Origin: Bacilli bacterium
Lineage (GTDB): Bacteria > Bacillota_I > Bacilli_A > RF39 > UBA660
Reading direction: 5' to 3'
Assembly (NCBI GenBank): GCA_051872415.1
Contig: JBJEDW010000042.1
Span: forward strand, 56,850-120,849
Length of the DNA stretch: 64,000 nt
Shown: positions 62,027 to 64,000 of the stretch, piece by piece
How the letters are laid out: each line of letters opens with the position of its first letter
Position numbering within the stretch: the stretch's first letter is position 1
Program-made: the position numbers and the translations under genes
The notes under the pieces: generated by a model
Told to the model about the DNA's origin: nothing
Databases searched by the model: none
What the model saw: only the letters and a program-made list of their open reading frames with translations

Positions 62027-62398
62027 CTACTATAAAAGTATAACATAATTATCTAAGAAATAAAATAAACTACCCTCACAAAATTAGAAATTTCAAAACA
62101 AGAATAACAGCAGTAATTATTAACACAAATAAATCACTTCCGAAAAATATCACTAATAATAAAAACAAACTTATCTTATCATCAAAACAAAAAATATTTC
62201 AAAAAATCTTAAAAATAAGCCAAAAATATAGCTTTTAAAGAATTATACTTCGAAAAAAAGGAGTTTTAACCAAAGAAAACTCCTAAAAATAAACTCCAAA
62301 CAAAAGTTATAAATAACACAAAAATATTAATATTTTCTATTACTTTTAAAACATCGTTTTTTTATAAAATAAACATCAAATTACAAACCATCAAATTA

Positions 62399-62596
62399 TT
62401 AACTTTTGAATATATTAGTAAGTCTATCATTAATTTCAATGGCTAAAGCATTTTGTTGATCAAAATACTCTTCATCAGTAAGAGTACCAGGTTCATAATT
62501 TGGATAAGGTACATCCTTCATATCATTTATTATATCTAATAATCTAAGAATTTTTCTCAAATTTAAATTTAATTCATTTTTTTTATCTTCTATCAC
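62399..62596 (-). CDS. Hypothetical small protein (65 aa)
   Basis: ORF abutting the upstream gene by 1 nt. Confidence 0.35.
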   Translation of the reverse strand: MIEDKKNELNLNLRKILRLLDIINDMKDVPYPNYEPGTLTDEEYFDQQNALAIEINDRLTNIFKS

Positions 62597-64000
62597 TATC
62601 TTGCACTTCCTTTTCTAAGATCTTCAACATAATCTTCTGATAAAGCTGAATCTACAAAATCATCACGTCCATCTATAGAAAATTTTTCTTTTGCAAAATC
62701 TTCAAACTTCTTATCATATCCATTTGCTTTAGCAATCATAAATTGTTCATATATTGTTTTATCTCTTTTTTCTCTTAATTCTAATACTTTTATCACTTGA
62801 ACCTGAGACGGATATTTTCCTTTCATATACTCTAAATAAGATCCCTTGTATCCTTTTACCTTTTCTCTCATATAATCTGGATAATGCAAATTTAATCTAA
62901 TATCTGGATTTTTATCTTTTTCAGTCAAATAATCATTTGTCATATCATTTACTTCATCTTCAATAGTAATAACTTTTGATTCCTGATTATTAACTACTGG
63001 ATTTTCTAAAACTTCATTTTGCACCATTTTAGAATGATTAACATCCTCAGCAGAATCCTGATTTAAAATTTCCGTTTTTTCCTTATCAAATTCTCCTTTT
63101 TCATTTTTTGCATCTTCTATAATAACATTTTCTTCTTTGCCATTAGTTTCCTTTTTATTTTTTTCATAATCTATTTTACCAATTTCGTTAATCAACTTTA
63201 TTTTTTCTTTCCTTTGTTCTTCTACAATCTTATCTAATCCATTAAGTGTTTTACTGAAATCTATATTATATATTTCATTTAAAATCTTTTTTAAACTTTC
63301 TATAGCTAAACAATTATTCTCTATACTATCTATTCTAATTTCCATATTTCGAGCATTTGAATTAATTTCTTCAGCAGACATAATTTCTTTATTTTTAAAC
63401 GAAGATTCTAATTTTTCACCAGTATTTGACCACATCAAAATACTTTTCTCTTCATACAATTTAACTATTGATTGCATTAAATTTTCTACTGAAGTAGAAC
63501 CAAATTGTCTATATCCCAAACCAAGATTATCTTCTTTATATTGATACATATCTATATGTGCTTTATTAAAACCTAAACTCTTTAATTGTTTTAAACATTC
63601 ATTTATCTTCTTTTCAAAATGTTGATTCTGTTTTTGAGATTCTTTTCTTAAATCTTCTGAAATAAGTTTATGAACTTCTCTAGCAGTTTCCTTATCAAAC
63701 TTTCCTAATTCATCTGCTATCTCTGATAAATCATGCCCTGCTAATTCAAAATTGTGCTTATCTGAATAAGTTTTACATATATTACAAATATCACTTGCTA
63801 CTTGCATATCTCTTTTTGCAGATTGAAATTCCTTTAGTTTATTAGTGTTTATTCTTTTCTCTATTAAACCTTTCGAATCTTGCAATTTTTCCTTTAACCT
63901 ATCAACTCTACTATTATATAGTGCTGTTTTTTTTTTAAGATACTTATCTAAAGAGAAAAAAGCCTCATCAAGTTTCTTTTGATTTTCAACATACGCATAA
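62596..64000 (-). CDS. Hypothetical large acidic coiled-coil protein; 5' end beyond the window
   Basis: Frame stays open upstream of the annotated TTG (63885) to the window edge: ..YAYVENQKKLDEAFFSLDKYLKKKTALYNSRVDRLKEKLQDSKG... Confidence 0.45.
   Translation of the reverse strand, partial: YAYVENQKKLDEAFFSLDKYLKKKTALYNSRVDRLKEKLQDSKGLIEKRINTNKLKEFQSAKRDMQVASDICNICKTYSDKHNFELAGHDLSEIADELGKFDKETAREVHKLISEDLRKESQKQNQHFEKKINECLKQLKSLGFNKAHIDMYQYKEDNLGLGYRQFGSTSVENLMQSIVKLYEEKSILMWSNTGEKLESSFKNKEIMSAEEINSNARNMEIRIDSIENNCLAIESLKKILNEIYNIDFSKTLNGLDKIVEEQRKEKIKLINEIGKIDYEKNKKETNGKEENVIIEDAKNEKGEFDKEKTEILNQDSAEDVNHSKMVQNEVLENPVVNNQESKVITIEDEVNDMTNDYLTEKDKNPDIRLNLHYPDYMREKVKGYKGSYLEYMKGKYPSQVQVIKVLELREKRDKTIYEQFMIAKANGYDKKFEDFAKEKFSIDGRDDFVDSALSEDYVEDLRKGSAR

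Overview
This is a very AT-rich window from a low-GC Firmicute. The gene content points to a Clostridia-type spore former: spoIIAA-sigF-spoVAC, a SleB-like hydrolase and CwlD-type LysM amidases. The standard genetic code is used throughout.

The first ~31 kb is mostly core chromosome. It carries ruvA/ruvB, tdk, der, def, dut, nrdDG, a Crp/Fnr regulator, feoAB, a CDF transporter and tRNA-Gly. Accessory features are interspersed in this core part: a decayed DpnII-type restriction-modification cassette flanked by 87-bp direct repeats, an AbiE pair, a 620-bp structured non-coding region next to a small membrane-protein gene (possible OLE RNA and OapA), and a DUF285 surface protein gene that is switched off by an 11-G homopolymer.

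From ~31 kb onward the window is accessory DNA, organised around repeated insertions into paralogous LysM N-acetylmuramoyl-L-alanine amidase genes.
- An ~8-kb element (about 32204-40273) is bounded on the left by a large serine recombinase gene. It splits an amidase gene at codon ~11, with inverted CTGGGTTTA arms 11-12 bp inside each junction. It carries a COG2865-type regulator, a frameshifted PrimPol-SF2 helicase, an iteron-like 11-bp repeat array, and a GG-leader bacteriocin with a CPBP immunity gene.
- A diverged second right-end junction with another amidase 5' stub lies at ~41000-41060.
- A ~7-kb insert (51648-58683) splits another amidase gene, with a 5-bp CACCT direct repeat at both junctions. 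It carries its own intact amidase, a second GG-leader peptide, a disrupted CPBP gene, two DUF4143 AAA ATPases and an uncharacterised TPR-like protein plus a small protein.

Further right are an HD-domain dGTPase-like protein, tRNA-Trp, a CadA/CsoR metal-efflux pair, and an Abi_2 protein whose stop overlaps the start of an HtrA protease gene.
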